Under the pieces are notes generated by a model. It made no database searches, was not told where the DNA came from, and saw only the letters and a list, made by a program, of their open reading frames with translations. Below, piece by piece: positions 18,534 through 29,803 of a DNA stretch of 64,000 bases. The first letter of the stretch is position 1, and every line of letters begins with the position of its first letter. Both the position numbers and the translations under genes were made by a program. Source of the DNA: an uncultured Methylomirabilota bacterium (lineage in GTDB: Bacteria; Methylomirabilota; Methylomirabilia; Methylomirabilales; 2-02-FULL-66-22); NCBI GenBank assembly GCA_963845565.1, contig CAWJSJ010000002.1, forward strand, positions 2,464,001 to 2,528,000, read 5' to 3'.

Positions 18534-21500
18534 CTATGTTGCCGCGCTGTGCGCGGCCTCGTGCCGCTTCTCCATGTAGTATAGCACCGGAACGGCCATC
18601 CGGCTCAGTAACGTCGAAGCGACCTCGCCGGCCATGAGCGAGATGGCCAGCCCCTGGAAGATCGGATCGAACAGGATCACGAAGGCGCCCACCACCACGG
18701 CCGCGGCGGTGAGCAGCATGGGCCGGAACCGGACCGCCCCGGCGTCCACGACCGCCTCTTCCAAGGGCATCCCCTGCGCGATGCGGAGTTCGATGAAGTC
18801 CACCAGGATGATGGAGTTCCGCACGATGATGCCCGCCCCGGCAATGAACCCGATCATGGACGTGGCCGTGAAAAAGGCCCCCATCAGGCCGTGGGCCGGC
18901 AGGATCCCGACCAGCGTCAAGGGGATCGGCGCCATGATGGTGAGCGGGGTGACGAAATTGCGAAACCAGCCGACCACCAGGACGTAGATCAGGACGAGGA
19001 CGGCGGCGAAGGCGATCCCCAGGTCGCGAAAGACCTCGATGGTGATGTGCCACTCGCCGTCCCACTTCATGCTCAGCGTGTCGGTGCGGAACGGCTGCTC
19101 GGACGAGTAGCGGGTCAGGCGGTACCCTTCGGGGAGCCGCATGGCGTCCAGGGCGCGGTTCATCTGGAAGATGGCGTACACCGGGCTCTCTTCCGCGCCC
19201 GCCACGTCACCGGTCACGTACACCACGCGCTTCATGTTCTTCCGGTAAATGTTGTGCCCTTCGGGGGTTTCCTCGAGCCGGACGATCTCGCGCAGGGGCA
19301 CCAGCCGACCGCCGTTGCCGATGACGTTGATCTCGGTGAGGGAGGTGGCACCGGACCGCTCCTCGCGGGGCAGGCGCAGGAGGATTGGGACATCCTCCTT
19401 CTCTTTCGCGAGGTGGACCAGGCCGATCTCCGTTCCCCCGACAGCCATCCGCAGGGTCTGGACCACCTGCTCGACGGTGACGCCATTTAGCGCCGCCTTC
19501 TCCCGATCCACCACGAAGCGGACGCGGGGCTGCGGATCCTCCATATACCAGTCCACGTCCACCACGCCGGGCGTCTTGGTAAAGACGGTCTTGATGTCTC
19601 GCGCGACCGCGATCTGACGGTTGTAGTCCGGCCCGTACACCTCGGCCACCAAGGTCTGCAGGACCGGCGGGCCCGGGGGGACCTCCGCCACCTTGGCGCG
19701 AGCGCCATACCGCTCGGCGATCGCTTGAATCCCGGGACGAACGCGCTTGGCGATGTCGTGGCTCTGGGTGCGGCGCTCGTCCTTGGGCAAGAGGTTCACC
19801 TGCAGGTCGGCCTGGTGTGGGGCCTGTCGCAGGAAGTAGTGGCGGACCAGACCGTTGAAATTGTACGGCGAGGCGGAGCCGACGTACATCTGGTAGTCCG
19901 TCACCTCGGGCACCGTCGCCACGTATTGTCCGATCTCTCGCGTGACGCGCGCTGTCTGTTCCAGGGTGGTGCCCTCGGGTAGGTCCACGATGACCTGGAA
20001 CTCGCTCTTGTTGTCGAAGGGGAGCATCTTGACGTGCACCAGCCCAAAATAGACCAGCGACGCGGCGGCCAGCAGCAGCCCGGCGACGCCCCCCAGAAAG
20101 GCCCAGCGTTTCCAGACGGAGCGGATCAGTGGCGTCATCATGGCGCGGTAGAGCCGGGTGGTCCAATCCTCGTGCCCCTCGGTGTGTGCCGCGGTCTTCT
20201 CCCCTTTCAGCATCCGGTAGGCCGCCCACGGGGAGATGATGAAGGCGATGAAGAGCGAGAAGAGCATCGCCACGGAGGCGCCGACCGGGATGGGGCGCAT
20301 GTAGGGGCCCATCAGGCCGCCGACGAATGCCATGGGCAGGATGGCGGCGATGACGCCCCAGGTGGCCAGGATGGTGGGGTTTCCAACCTCCGCCACCGCC
20401 TCGACCGCCACCCGGACGAGCGGCCGCCCGTGATTCTCCGGCAGGTGGAAATGGCGCGAGATGTTCTCAACCACCACGATGGCATCGTCCACCAGAATCC
20501 CGATGGAGAAGATCAGGGCGAAGAGCGTGACGCGGTTCAGTGTGTATCCGTACAGGTAATAGAGCAGGAGCGTGAGGGCCAGCGTGACCGGCACGGCCAA
20601 CAAGACCACGACGGCGGAACGCCAGCCCAGGAACACGGCAATCAGGATGGCTACCGAGACCGTCGCCAGGATGAGGTGCTTCAGCAGTTCGTTGGATTTC
20701 TCCTGGGCTGTCTCGCCGTAGTTTCGCGTGATCGACACCTGGACATCGTGGGGAATCAGGACGCCCTTCAGCGACTCGACTTTTTCGACGACCTTGTCGG
20801 CGATGACGATGGCATTCGTGCCCTTCCGCTTGGCCACCGAGATGGTGACGGCCGGGTAGTCCTGGCCGACCGGCCGGGAACCCAACCCCTGGGCTATGTG
20901 GCCCTGCGCGGCTGCGGTGTGGGCCGCCGCGCCTACGCCGAAGAAGACGTACGAGCGCGGCTCCTCCGGCCCATCCACGATGCGGGCCACATCCCGAAGG
21001 TACACCGGTCGCCCGTCCGCGGCCCCGACGACCACCCGGCCCACGTCCTCTGCTCGCTCCAGGAATCGGGCGGCGTCCACGAGGATCTCGCGGTTGTCGC
21101 TGCTCACGCTGCCGGCACGCAGCTCTCGGTTGGTCGCGGTGAGGGCCCCCGCCACGGCCGCCGGCGCCAGTCGGTAGGCCGCCAGGCGCGCCGGGTCGAG
21201 GAGGACTCGCACCTGTCGTCGCTCGCCGCCCAGCAGTCGGGTCTCGGAGACGTCGGGGATGTCCTTGATCTGATCGTCGAGCTGGGCCGCGACCCGCCGC
21301 AACGTGTACCCGTCCACGCGGTCGCTCCACAGGGTAATGGCGAGGATGGGCACGTCGTCGATGGAGCGAGGCTTGATGAGGGGCGTCGAGGCCCCCGGCG
21401 GGATGAGGTCGAAATTGGCGTACATCTTGTTGTAGAGCTTGACGATGCTCTTCTCTTCATCCTCGCCTACCTTGAAACGGACGACGGCGAAGCTCTGGCC

Positions 21501-21830
21501 CGGGCTGCTGGTGGAGTAGACGTACTCCACGCCTGGGATCTCCATCAGCTTCTTCTCCATCGGGATGGTGACGCGCTGTTCGACCTCTTGGGCGCTCGCC
21601 CCCGGCATCTGGACGAACACGTCCATCATCGGAACGATGATCTGCGGCTCTTCCTCGCGCGGCGTGGCCACGATCGCGAAGAGGCCCAGCAAGAGCGACG
21701 CCACCACCAGGAGCGGGGTCAGGCGCGAGTCGATGAACGTCCGCGCCATGTGGCCGGCCAGGCCCAGCGGTCCGGTGTACGGTTCAGATTCTGGCGGTGT
21801 TAGTGTGTCCGGTTGTTGGTGAGTCATCAC
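18534..21830 (-). CDS. RND efflux permease (AcrB/CusA superfamily)
   Basis: [42 protein letters not shown]. Confidence 0.96.
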   Translation of the reverse strand: MMTHQQPDTLTPPESEPYTGPLGLAGHMARTFIDSRLTPLLVVASLLLGLFAIVATPREEEPQIIVPMMDVFVQMPGASAQEVEQRVTIPMEKKLMEIPGVEYVYSTSSPGQSFAVVRFKVGEDEEKSIVKLYNKMYANFDLIPPGASTPLIKPRSIDDVPILAITLWSDRVDGYTLRRVAAQLDDQIKDIPDVSETRLLGGERRQVRVLLDPARLAAYRLAPAAVAGALTATNRELRAGSVSSDNREILVDAARFLERAEDVGRVVVGAADGRPVYLRDVARIVDGPEEPRSYVFFGVGAAAHTAAAQGHIAQGLGSRPVGQDYPAVTISVAKRKGTNAIVIADKVVEKVESLKGVLIPHDVQVSITRNYGETAQEKSNELLKHLILATVSVAILIAVFLGWRSAVVVLLAVPVTLALTLLLYYLYGYTLNRVTLFALIFSIGILVDDAIVVVENISRHFHLPENHGRPLVRVAVEAVAEVGNPTILATWGVIAAILPMAFVGGLMGPYMRPIPVGASVAMLFSLFIAFIISPWAAYRMLKGEKTAAHTEGHEDWTTRLYRAMMTPLIRSVWKRWAFLGGVAGLLLAAASLVYFGLVHVKMLPFDNKSEFQVIVDLPEGTTLEQTARVTREIGQYVATVPEVTDYQMYVGSASPYNFNGLVRHYFLRQAPHQADLQVNLLPKDERRTQSHDIAKRVRPGIQAIAERYGARAKVAEVPPGPPVLQTLVAEVYGPDYNRQIAVARDIKTVFTKTPGVVDVDWYMEDPQPRVRFVVDREKAALNGVTVEQVVQTLRMAVGGTEIGLVHLAKEKEDVPILLRLPREERSGATSLTEINVIGNGGRLVPLREIVRLEETPEGHNIYRKNMKRVVYVTGDVAGAEESPVYAIFQMNRALDAMRLPEGYRLTRYSSEQPFRTDTLSMKWDGEWHITIEVFRDLGIAFAAVLVLIYVLVVGWFRNFVTPLTIMAPIPLTLVGILPAHGLMGAFFTATSMIGFIAGAGIIVRNSIILVDFIELRIAQGMPLEEAVVDAGAVRFRPMLLTAAAVVVGAFVILFDPIFQGLAISLMAGEVASTLLSRMAVPVLYYMEKRHEAAHSAAT

Positions 21831-21855
21831 GTCTCGCTGTCAGGTATGGCGGCTT

Positions 21856-21924
21856 GGTTCGGCAGTTCGACGGTTCGGTCGTTCGGCTGTACCGTCGAAC
21901 CGCCGAACTATCGAACCGCCGGAC
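21856..21924. repeat. Inverted array of 8-bp units (4x GTTCGNNN facing 4x NNNCGAAC)
   Basis: gttcggca gttcgacg gttcggtc gttcggct .. cgtcgaac cgccgaac tatcgaac cgccggac. Confidence 0.7.
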
Positions 21925-21930
21925 GTTTCA

Positions 21931-23127
21931 TTATCGTTGAATGCGGGCGCCGTCGGTCACGCGCTCGACGCCACTGGTAATCACCTGCTCTCCGCTGGTG
22001 AGGCCCGAGAGAACTTCGATCCCGCCTGAATGCATCGCACCCGTCCGGATCAGACGGAAGCGGGCGATGCCGTCCTGGCCGACGACGTAGACGCCCTGGA
22101 GCTGGCCGCGCTCGACCACGGCCTGGCGCGCGACCTGGATGGCCTGCCGCCGGCCTGCGGGAATCCAGGCCCGGCCAAAGAGGCCGGAACGGAGTTGCGG
22201 GGAGGCGGGGAGGTCGAGTCGCACCAGGGTCGTACGGGTGGCCTGGTCGGCGGTGGGGACGATCTCGCTGACGGGGGCGGCACCGGAGAAGCCCGCGCCC
22301 TCTACCGCCACCTGTAGGGATTGACCGCGCTTGAGGCCGGCAATCTGGGAGTCGGGGACCACCGCTTCTAGCCAGTAGCGCCGGTTATCCTCCAGCGTGA
22401 GCAAAGGGGCGCCGGGCGCTGCGAGTCCTCCCACCTCGGTGTGCTTGGTTGTCACGATCCCGGCAAACGGCGCGGCGATCTTGGCGTAGCCGCGCATGAC
22501 CTGGGTGCCGGCGATCTCGGTCCGGGCGGTCTCGATTCTGGCCAGGACCTGCGCGCGTTTCGACTGGATCGCCTGGCCCTCGGCGATGGCGCGATCCACG
22601 GCCGCCGCCGCCGCTTTTTGCTGCGCGGCCACCTGGTCGTACTCTTGAGGGGCCACGGACTTGCGATCCAGCAACCGCTGATACCGGGCCAGGGTGGAGA
22701 CGGCGAGATCCCGTTGGGCCTCCGCCGCGGCCTGGCCGGCGGCCGCGGCCGCGATCCCGCGATCCACCTCGGCCATGGCCGCCTCCGCTTCGCGGAGCCC
22801 GGCCTCGGCGCGTCGCGTCTGGGCGGCGATGTCCTGGTCGTCCAACTCGATGAGGAGTTGGCCGGCTTCCACCACGCTGCCCTCGCGGACATGTACGGCG
22901 ACGATCCGCCCCACGATCTTGCTGGAGAGGGTCGTGACGGTCCGGGACCTGACGGTGCCCGTCACCTCGGCCAGGTCATCGAGGTCGGTCGCAGTCGCGG
23001 CGCCGACGGTCACGTCACGAACGACCGGTGGCTCCGCCGCCTTGGGCGGGTGCGCGGAATCCTTTCCGCAGGCGGCCAGGGATAAGGCAATCAGGGCCAA
23101 AGCAAATGCGCGCCGTGAGATGGACAT
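21931..23127 (-). CDS. RND periplasmic adaptor (lipoprotein)
   Basis: LAAC lipobox, VHVREGSVVEAGQLL, IAAPFAGIV. Confidence 0.94.
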   Translation of the reverse strand: MSISRRAFALALIALSLAACGKDSAHPPKAAEPPVVRDVTVGAATATDLDDLAEVTGTVRSRTVTTLSSKIVGRIVAVHVREGSVVEAGQLLIELDDQDIAAQTRRAEAGLREAEAAMAEVDRGIAAAAAGQAAAEAQRDLAVSTLARYQRLLDRKSVAPQEYDQVAAQQKAAAAAVDRAIAEGQAIQSKRAQVLARIETARTEIAGTQVMRGYAKIAAPFAGIVTTKHTEVGGLAAPGAPLLTLEDNRRYWLEAVVPDSQIAGLKRGQSLQVAVEGAGFSGAAPVSEIVPTADQATRTTLVRLDLPASPQLRSGLFGRAWIPAGRRQAIQVARQAVVERGQLQGVYVVGQDGIARFRLIRTGAMHSGGIEVLSGLTSGEQVITSGVERVTDGARIQR

Positions 23128-23130
23128 GGC

Positions 23131-24510
23131 TCAGAACCTCGCGCGGTCGAGTTGGCCCAGGCTGAGATCGAGCCGAGCCTGACTCACCGTGGCGTCGTAT
23201 AGCGTCCGGGTCAGGTTGGTGCGGGACGCCGTCAGGGCCGTCTCGCTGTCCAGCAGTTCGACGATGGTCGTGAGTCCGGCGTCGTACCGGTCCTGCACGA
23301 TGCGCAGGCTTTCCTCTGCCTGGCTGACCGCCTCCCGGGCCACCGTGATCCGCTCCCGCGCAGTCTGATGGGCCAGGAACGCATCGTGGACCTCCAGGCC
23401 GATGGCATTACCGAGGCGCTCGCGCTGGGCCATGGCCCGCTGGTGGTACGCCTGCGCCTCGACGATCCGGGCGCGATCCGCTCCGCCGTTGAAGAGGTTC
23501 AGGTTGAGGATGACGCCGACCGACCAGCTATCCTGACCGCTCCCGGCGAACCGGTTGTTATTGATCTCGTAGTTCCCCATGAGGTGCATGGATGGGAGGA
23601 GGGCCCCCTTGGTGCGGAGGACGTCCTTCTCCAGTCGCTGGACCTCCAGGTCCATCTGCCGGTAGTCCGGCCGATGGGCGCGGGCCACGTCGCCGAGCCC
23701 TTCCAGGCGGTCGTGCGTGACGGGCGGAATCTCCAGGCCGCCTGCGATCTGGTGTGGCTGCTCCAGCGGAAGGCCCATCGCCTCGTTGAGCGCGACCCGG
23801 GACAACCGGACCTGATTGGCCGCCGCGATGGCCTCTTCCTGCAAGCGCGCCAGTCGGACGCGGGCGGCCAGCGCATCCGAGGCCACCACGACGCCGGCGT
23901 CGTAGCGTGCCTCGGCTGCGGCAAGGTTGGCCTTGGCGGTCCGGACGGCCGCCGCCACCGTCGTGTGCGCTTCCCGTGAAAGCAGAACGGCGGTGTAGGA
24001 CCGGATCACGCCGAAGATGACCTCCTGTTCGGCTCGGGCACGACCGAGTTCCGCCGCGTCCCGGCCGAGCTGGGCTTGCTGGAAACCCAGGATGGTCCGG
24101 CCCCCAAGGAAGAGCGGAATGGCGCCGCTCAGGTTGGTTCGCCAGTTGGTGATGGGGTCGGGGTGGTTCAGCTTGTCCACGGCGAAGTCGGCGGAGGTGA
24201 ACCGGCCCTGGTTCAGCAGGGAGCCGAAGGCGTACACGGGGTTGTCGCTCTGGATGACGCCTTCGGAGAAGTCCACCCGGGGGAGGAAGCCGGCCCGCGC
24301 CTGCTCGACGCCGGACGCGGCCGCCGCGGCATGATACTCCGCGACGCGGAGGGCCGGGTGCTTCTCAAGGGCGGTCTTCACGGCCTGCGTCAAAGTCAAC
24401 CCTTCCGCTGACGTGATCTCGATCGAGGCAGCAGCCGCGAGTCCGGTCGAAGCGGCGAGGGACAGGCAGATGCCCAACCAACCGAAGGCGACGATTCTTG
24501 AGAAGCTCAT
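23131..24510 (-). CDS. TolC family outer membrane protein
   Basis: LTLTQAVKTALEKHP, ARAGFLP, RYDAG repeats. Confidence 0.92.
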   Translation of the reverse strand: MSFSRIVAFGWLGICLSLAASTGLAAAASIEITSAEGLTLTQAVKTALEKHPALRVAEYHAAAAASGVEQARAGFLPRVDFSEGVIQSDNPVYAFGSLLNQGRFTSADFAVDKLNHPDPITNWRTNLSGAIPLFLGGRTILGFQQAQLGRDAAELGRARAEQEVIFGVIRSYTAVLLSREAHTTVAAAVRTAKANLAAAEARYDAGVVVASDALAARVRLARLQEEAIAAANQVRLSRVALNEAMGLPLEQPHQIAGGLEIPPVTHDRLEGLGDVARAHRPDYRQMDLEVQRLEKDVLRTKGALLPSMHLMGNYEINNNRFAGSGQDSWSVGVILNLNLFNGGADRARIVEAQAYHQRAMAQRERLGNAIGLEVHDAFLAHQTARERITVAREAVSQAEESLRIVQDRYDAGLTTIVELLDSETALTASRTNLTRTLYDATVSQARLDLSLGQLDRARF

Positions 24511-24626
24511 GATGGTCTCCGCGGGTGAGATCCCCGACACTACCCATTCGGTCCAGAACCGGCGGAAAGGGTTCATGGGAGCGAAAAGAAGGCGCAACAA
24601 GAGGGCAGGCGATCAACAAATCAAAG

Positions 24627-24654
24627 AATATACCAAGCGGTCAGTATAATGCAA
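24627..24654 (-). promoter_or_regulatory. sigma70-like promoter overlapped by a TetR-like palindrome
   Basis: TTGCAT-16 nt-TATATT with TATACTGACCGCTTGGTATA across the spacer and -10. Confidence 0.55.
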
Positions 24655-24804
24655 TCATGGCGTTAGCCGTTGGGTGACGCGACGCCATGGATCCATAGTT
24701 CCCGTTCCCAATGGGGACTGAACGGGGGCTTGATCGGTGCCCCGAGTCTAGCCCTGCCTCCATCCTCACGAAAGCACGATGCTGGCGCGGGGAGGGCATT
24801 CCGG

Positions 24805-24833
24805 TTGACACGCGGCGGGCCCTTCGATAGGCT
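24805..24833 (+). promoter_or_regulatory. sigma70-type promoter for the CoA-disulfide reductase gene
   Basis: TTGACA-17 nt-TAGGCT. Confidence 0.5.
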
Positions 24834-25042
24834 TCCCCGCAATTCACCGAGCCCGCGTGCTTAAACGCCGATCATGCGCCGGCGGATGCGGTGTCGAGGG
24901 GATCCCGATAATCTATCTGTGGTCTGCTTAACAGCCACCCGTATGGGCCTCGATCCGACGTGCCGCTCGTCCCAAACGGGACACGGCGCTGCGGGCTCCG
25001 AAAACAGCGACCTTCTGTGCCCAACCCTCACGTGGAGTTCAC

Positions 25043-26752
25043 ATGAGCCGACAACGCGATTCTCAACCGACTCCCTTGGAGAATACCAGCCCTCCGCGTC
25101 GCGTGCTCATTGTCGGTGGCGTCGCAGGGGGTGCCTCGTGCGCCGCGCGCCTGCGGCGGCTGGACGAGTCCGTCGAGATCGTCGTGTTCGAGCGCGGCCC
25201 CTACGTCTCGTTCGCTAACTGTGGGCTGCCGTACTACGTCGGGAACGTCATTGCCGACGAGCGTGCCCTGCTGGTCGCGTCGCGCGAGATGTTTCGAACA
25301 CGCTTCAATGTCGACGTGCAGACGGAAACGGAAGTCACCGGCATCGACCGCCGCGCCTGCACGATTACGGTGCGCGACGGCCGCACCGGCACCAGCCGGA
25401 CGGAACGCTACGACGCGCTGGTGCTGTCCCCGGGCGCGGCGCCGATCCGTCCGCCGCTCCCTGGCGTGGACCTTCCCGGCGTCTTCGCGGTGCGCACCAT
25501 CCCCGACTCCCGCCGGATCCGGTCCTGGATCACCGAGCGCCACGCCACGAGCGCGGTCGTCGTCGGGGGCGGTTTCATCGGCTTGGAGATGGTCGAGAAC
25601 CTGCACCAGCGCGAACTGGCCGTGACCGTGCTGGAGAAACTCCCGCAGCTGATGCCCCCGCTCGATCCGGAGATGGCGCTGCCGCTCAGGGAGCATCTGG
25701 TCGCCAAGGGGGTGAAGCTCCAGCTGGGCGACGGACTCGCGAGCATTGAGACGCGGGATGGGGGCGGGTTGGTCGTCGTCGCCGAGAGCGGCGCGCGGTT
25801 GCCCGCAGATCTTGTCATTCTCGCCATCGGCGTGCGGCCCGAGACCGCGCTGGCCAAGGCGGCCGGCCTTGACCTCGGGCCGCGCGGCGGCATTGTCGTC
25901 GATGCGCAGATGCGGACGGCCGATCCGCACATCTGGGCCGTGGGCGATGCTGTCGAAGTGCCCGATGTGGTCACGGGTCAAGAGACCGTGCTGCCCCTGG
26001 CCGGACCGGCCAATCGTCAGGGTCGTGTGGCCGCCGAGGCGATCGCCGGGCGGGCGACGAAGTTCCGCGGGGTCCAGGCCACGGCAGTCGTGGGAGTCCT
26101 GGGCCTGACCGCCGCCTCGACCGGGGCCAGCGAGAAGGGCCTCCGACGGGCCGGCATCACGAATTTCGAAAAAGTATATCTGCATCCGGGACATCACGCG
26201 GGCTATTACCCCGGCGCGCGCCCTATTCATCTCAAGCTCCTGTTCTCGGTGCCGGACGGCCGCATTCTTGGTGCGCAAGCGGTGGGGCTCGAGGGCGTGG
26301 AGAAACGCATCGATGTCATCGCGACCGCGATTCAGTTCCGCGGCACGGTACACGATCTCGCCGAGGCCGAATTGTGTTATGCACCGCAGTACGGGGCTGC
26401 GAAAGATCCGGTGAACCTCGCCGGGATGCTTGCGGTAAATGTGCTGACAGGCGACATGCCGGTGGCTGACTGGTCGGCGCTTGCCGGCACCGATGGGGTA
26501 GTGCTCGACGTGCGCGAACCCGACGAGTTCGCCGCCGGGCACATCCCCCACGCGATCAACCTGCCGCTCTCCCAGTTGCGCGCCCGGTGCGGCGAGCTGC
26601 CCCGGGATCGCGACCTCTGGATCTGTTGTGTCGTGGGACAGCGGGCGTACTACGCGACGCGTTTCTTGGCGCAGCGCGGATATCGGGCACGGAACTTGTC
26701 TGGAGGCTATACGACGTACCTGGCACTCAAGACTTCCGGCCTGGTGCCCTGA
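25043..26752 (+). CDS. CoA-disulfide/persulfide reductase with C-terminal rhodanese domain (CoADR-RHD/Npsr-like)
   Basis: GGVAGG, SFANCGLPY, GGGFIGLE, YAPQY, LDVREPDEF...CCVVGQRAY. Confidence 0.93.
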   Translation: MSRQRDSQPTPLENTSPPRRVLIVGGVAGGASCAARLRRLDESVEIVVFERGPYVSFANCGLPYYVGNVIADERALLVASREMFRTRFNVDVQTETEVTGIDRRACTITVRDGRTGTSRTERYDALVLSPGAAPIRPPLPGVDLPGVFAVRTIPDSRRIRSWITERHATSAVVVGGGFIGLEMVENLHQRELAVTVLEKLPQLMPPLDPEMALPLREHLVAKGVKLQLGDGLASIETRDGGGLVVVAESGARLPADLVILAIGVRPETALAKAAGLDLGPRGGIVVDAQMRTADPHIWAVGDAVEVPDVVTGQETVLPLAGPANRQGRVAAEAIAGRATKFRGVQATAVVGVLGLTAASTGASEKGLRRAGITNFEKVYLHPGHHAGYYPGARPIHLKLLFSVPDGRILGAQAVGLEGVEKRIDVIATAIQFRGTVHDLAEAELCYAPQYGAAKDPVNLAGMLAVNVLTGDMPVADWSALAGTDGVVLDVREPDEFAAGHIPHAINLPLSQLRARCGELPRDRDLWICCVVGQRAYYATRFLAQRGYRARNLSGGYTTYLALKTSGLVP

Positions 26753-26815
26753 CCGACGGTTTCGCCTGAGCGCCCTCGGTGCCTTTGCGACGGGCTCGTT
26801 TTCTTCGGATTGGGG

Positions 26816-27976
26816 TTAGATCACGGGCCCGACCACGTAGATGTCCATCGACTTGGTGTAGCCGCAGATCTCGGCCTTGGTGAGCCGTCCGGAGGCGAAC
26901 TCCACCATTTCACCGAACAAACGGTGCCCGGCCGCGGGCAGGGACTCCGTTCCTTCCATGATCGTGCCCACATAGACATCCATGTGGTCCCGGAGTTTCT
27001 CCCAGGTCACGCGGTTGCCGGTGACCTTTACCACCGGGACGAACGGAAAGCCCTGCGGCGCCCCCCGCCCCGTCGCGAAGGCGATCATGGTGCATCCCGC
27101 GGCCGCCAGGCCCGTCAGGATCTCGGGCTCCCGCCCCGGGGAATCCATGACCACCAGGCCGGTGACCGTCGGGGGCACGCCGTACTCGTAGGTCGCCTGG
27201 ATCGGAGCGGTCCCGGCCTTGGCGATGGCGCCCAGCGATTTCTCCTCGATGGTTGTCAGGCCGCCCTTGATATTTCCCCCGGTCGGCTGGCCCCCGCGCA
27301 TGTCGCAGCCCATGGCCTTGGCCCGCGCCTCCATGCGGTGCACCAGGCCGAGGATTTCCGAGGCCACGGCGTCGTTCTTGGCGTGCCGGGTCAGGATATG
27401 CTCCGCCCCGATGAACTCCGTGACCTCCCCCAGGACCGAGGTTCCCCCGGCGGCGACGACGAGGTCCGACGCGATGCCCACGGCCGGATTCGCGAACAAT
27501 CCCTGGGTGGTGTCGGAGGCTCCGCACTTCAGTCCCAGCCTCAATTCGGATATCGGGCAGAGCGTGGCGGGGAGGGTCGAGGCCTCCATCACCAATTGCT
27601 GCGCCAGGAGCTGTCCGCGGGCCACGGATCGCGCGGCTCCGCCCTCTTCTTGGATCACGAGCTGCTCGACGCGCTTCCCCGCGGCGGCGATACCCTTCGC
27701 CACCTCCTCGAGGACCACGCTCTCGCAGCCCAGGCTGACCAGCAGGACGGAGGCGAGGTTGGGGTTCTTGCCCAGATTGACGAGCGTCTGACTGACCCGC
27801 GCCACATCCACCGGCGTCTGGCCGCAGCCCTGCTGATGGAGGAAGGCGGCTGTTCCCTGCACGCCGGCCGCGATGCGCTCGCTCGCCTCGTTGGCGCAGA
27901 CCACGGTGGAGAGGATCCCCACGTAGTTCCGGGTTCCCACGCGCCCGTCCGCCCGCCGGTACCCCTTAAACTCCAT
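26816..27976 (-). CDS. UxaA family dehydratase, large subunit (altronate dehydratase/SuyB-like)
   Basis: GYRRADGRVGTRN, HQQGC, LGCE, KCGASD, GGLTTIEEKSLG. Confidence 0.92.
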   Translation of the reverse strand: MEFKGYRRADGRVGTRNYVGILSTVVCANEASERIAAGVQGTAAFLHQQGCGQTPVDVARVSQTLVNLGKNPNLASVLLVSLGCESVVLEEVAKGIAAAGKRVEQLVIQEEGGAARSVARGQLLAQQLVMEASTLPATLCPISELRLGLKCGASDTTQGLFANPAVGIASDLVVAAGGTSVLGEVTEFIGAEHILTRHAKNDAVASEILGLVHRMEARAKAMGCDMRGGQPTGGNIKGGLTTIEEKSLGAIAKAGTAPIQATYEYGVPPTVTGLVVMDSPGREPEILTGLAAAGCTMIAFATGRGAPQGFPFVPVVKVTGNRVTWEKLRDHMDVYVGTIMEGTESLPAAGHRLFGEMVEFASGRLTKAEICGYTKSMDIYVVGPVI

Positions 27977-28292
27977 GGCTGGTTCCTTTCGCCTCGAGGT
28001 CGCCCCGTCCGCGGAGGCTCTCGATATTGTGGATGTGCGCGTGGGCGCCCGCCGGGATTTCCTGGGTGGCGCGGCCCATCACCTCACCGTATTTCAGGAT
28101 GTCCGTTCCCGCCGGGATGTCGGTCAGGGCGAGCTTGTGGCCGAAGGGGATTGCCTGGCGTACCTGCACCGACCGCGTGTGGTCCGCCACGCCCACCACG
28201 ATCTTTTCGCCGACGGCGAGATCCCGGAGCGCCGTCGCGACGTTATCGTTCTCGCGAATCGCGATGGCGTCGATACCAGCGTGAGATGGCAC
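27966..28292 (-). CDS. UxaA family SAF-domain small subunit (SuyA-like)
   Basis: DNVATAL, IPFGHKLAL, KYGEVMG, HIHN. Confidence 0.9.
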   Translation of the reverse strand: MPSHAGIDAIAIRENDNVATALRDLAVGEKIVVGVADHTRSVQVRQAIPFGHKLALTDIPAGTDILKYGEVMGRATQEIPAGAHAHIHNIESLRGRGDLEAKGTSHGV

Positions 28293-28373
28293 GTTGCCTC
28301 CTTTCCCGGCCGACCGTGGGCACCGCCGACGGTCGAGGTGTCGGCGGCGGCCGCGGTTCGGAAAAACGGTTGT

Positions 28374-28844
28374 CTAGCGTGTACGCAATGTCGCAATCAG
28401 TCGCGTCGGCATGAGGAGCAGGTCGAGGGCATCCTGGATGCGGGTTACCACGATCTCCGCGGCGCCAATCACAGCGCCGGCTGCGCCTTCCCGCCCGACC
28501 ACGGCGACCCCGAGCGCCGCCTCCCGCAACATCAGGGCATCGTTGCTGCCGTTGCCGATCGCGACAGTAGCGGCCGCGCCGAGGGTGCGAACAAAAGCGG
28601 CTTTTGCCTCGACGTGGTCGCCCGGTGGGAGGACGTGGACCCGGGCGCCCAGCCCCTCCAGTCCGGCCGCCGTGCCGAAAGTATCGGCCGTGACCACGTG
28701 GAGGTGAAGCCGCTCGCTCAGGGCGCGCAGGCGCCGCGCCACCGATTCCGGCACGCGGCCGTCGACGGCGAGCGTGCCATTCAAGTCCAGCACCAGATGC
28801 GATAACTGAATCTGCCCCCGACCTGGAACGTCCAGAACCAACAT
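28374..28844 (-). CDS. Soluble P-type ATPase-like HAD phosphatase
   Basis: LDLNGTLA, TADTFG, IGNGSND, GREGA. Confidence 0.88.
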   Translation of the reverse strand: MLVLDVPGRGQIQLSHLVLDLNGTLAVDGRVPESVARRLRALSERLHLHVVTADTFGTAAGLEGLGARVHVLPPGDHVEAKAAFVRTLGAAATVAIGNGSNDALMLREAALGVAVVGREGAAGAVIGAAEIVVTRIQDALDLLLMPTRLIATLRTR

Positions 28845-28895
28845 AGCATAACCCTGCGAGGATTGTCCGCAGCCTTCACATCCGAGCCGCCCGCG

Positions 28896-29549
28896 TTACC
28901 GCAAGGCCGCCGCGAGCCCGATGACGTCGCCTGCCGGAAGACGGGACGGAGTCGGCCAAATGCCACGCGGAAAACAGCCGCTCCGCCACCGAAGCTGCTG
29001 AAGTCGCCCGCCCAAGGCGTCTCGGACCAGGGCACGGAGCGACGCCAGCGTGTAGTCGTGCGCCTGCCCGAGGAGCGGCTGGGAGGCCTGCGGGCCGAGG
29101 CGCCGCGAGAGGCCCCCGAGACTCCGGCGGTTCAAGACCACCAGGATCAGCCCAGACCGCGCCACCCGGGCGGCCTCTGCGACAGCCTGGCGGGGGTCCC
29201 CGAGAAACTCCAGGGCGGTCACGAACAGGACCGCGTCCACGGACCGACTCCGCATCGGCAGGTGCAGGGCGTCGCCCAGCAGAGCAACGGCGCCCGGCCA
29301 GCGGCGCCGCATCGCCGCGAGCATGCCGGGCGATCGCTCGAGGCCGATTGCTTGCGTCCCGCGGCTGCGGAGCCATTCGGTGAAATGCCCCGTGCCGCAT
29401 CCGATCTCCACGACCCGATCCGCGACCGGCACCTGCCGCAGCAGCCAGGAAATCAGCGCCTGTTCCTCTCGGTCAACCCGCTGGCCCTTGGGGGTGGCGT
29501 ACCACCGCTCGTACCGGTCAGCCGTCGCGTCGAAGATGTCCCACGACAT
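28896..29549 (-). CDS. Class I SAM methyltransferase
   Basis: YERWY, VEIGCGTG, GDALHLP. Confidence 0.88.
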   Translation of the reverse strand: MSWDIFDATADRYERWYATPKGQRVDREEQALISWLLRQVPVADRVVEIGCGTGHFTEWLRSRGTQAIGLERSPGMLAAMRRRWPGAVALLGDALHLPMRSRSVDAVLFVTALEFLGDPRQAVAEAARVARSGLILVVLNRRSLGGLSRRLGPQASQPLLGQAHDYTLASLRALVRDALGGRLQQLRWRSGCFPRGIWPTPSRLPAGDVIGLAAALR

Positions 29550-29560
29550 CGAGGGCATCC

Positions 29561-29803
29561 CTAAATCGGGCACGCGTTCGAGACGGTCACCGTCATCACG
29601 ACATGGCCGGTTGCGGCCGCGCGGAGGAAGGACGCCTTGAGCGCGTCGAAGAGCACGCCGGCTTCGCCGGTCACGAGCGTGCTCATAGGCCCAGGCGTGA
29701 CGGCCAGGGCACCGGCGGCCAGGACGGCCTGCATCTCCCGAATCGCGGGGGACAACCGATCCTGGCGAAGCGGGTACAAACTGATCTGGGCGCTGACATC
29801 CAT
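29561..29803 (-). CDS. YkoF/thiamine-binding (DUF77-like) protein
   Basis: AQISLYPL, GPMSTLVTGE, SNACP. Confidence 0.82.
   Translation of the reverse strand: MDVSAQISLYPLRQDRLSPAIREMQAVLAAGALAVTPGPMSTLVTGEAGVLFDALKASFLRAAATGHVVMTVTVSNACPI

Noticed and set aside
14018..28414. Long antisense ORFs (e.g. 14018-15928, 20034-21803, 26810-28414)
   Set aside because: Shadow frames of GC-rich genes on the opposite strand, with no motifs
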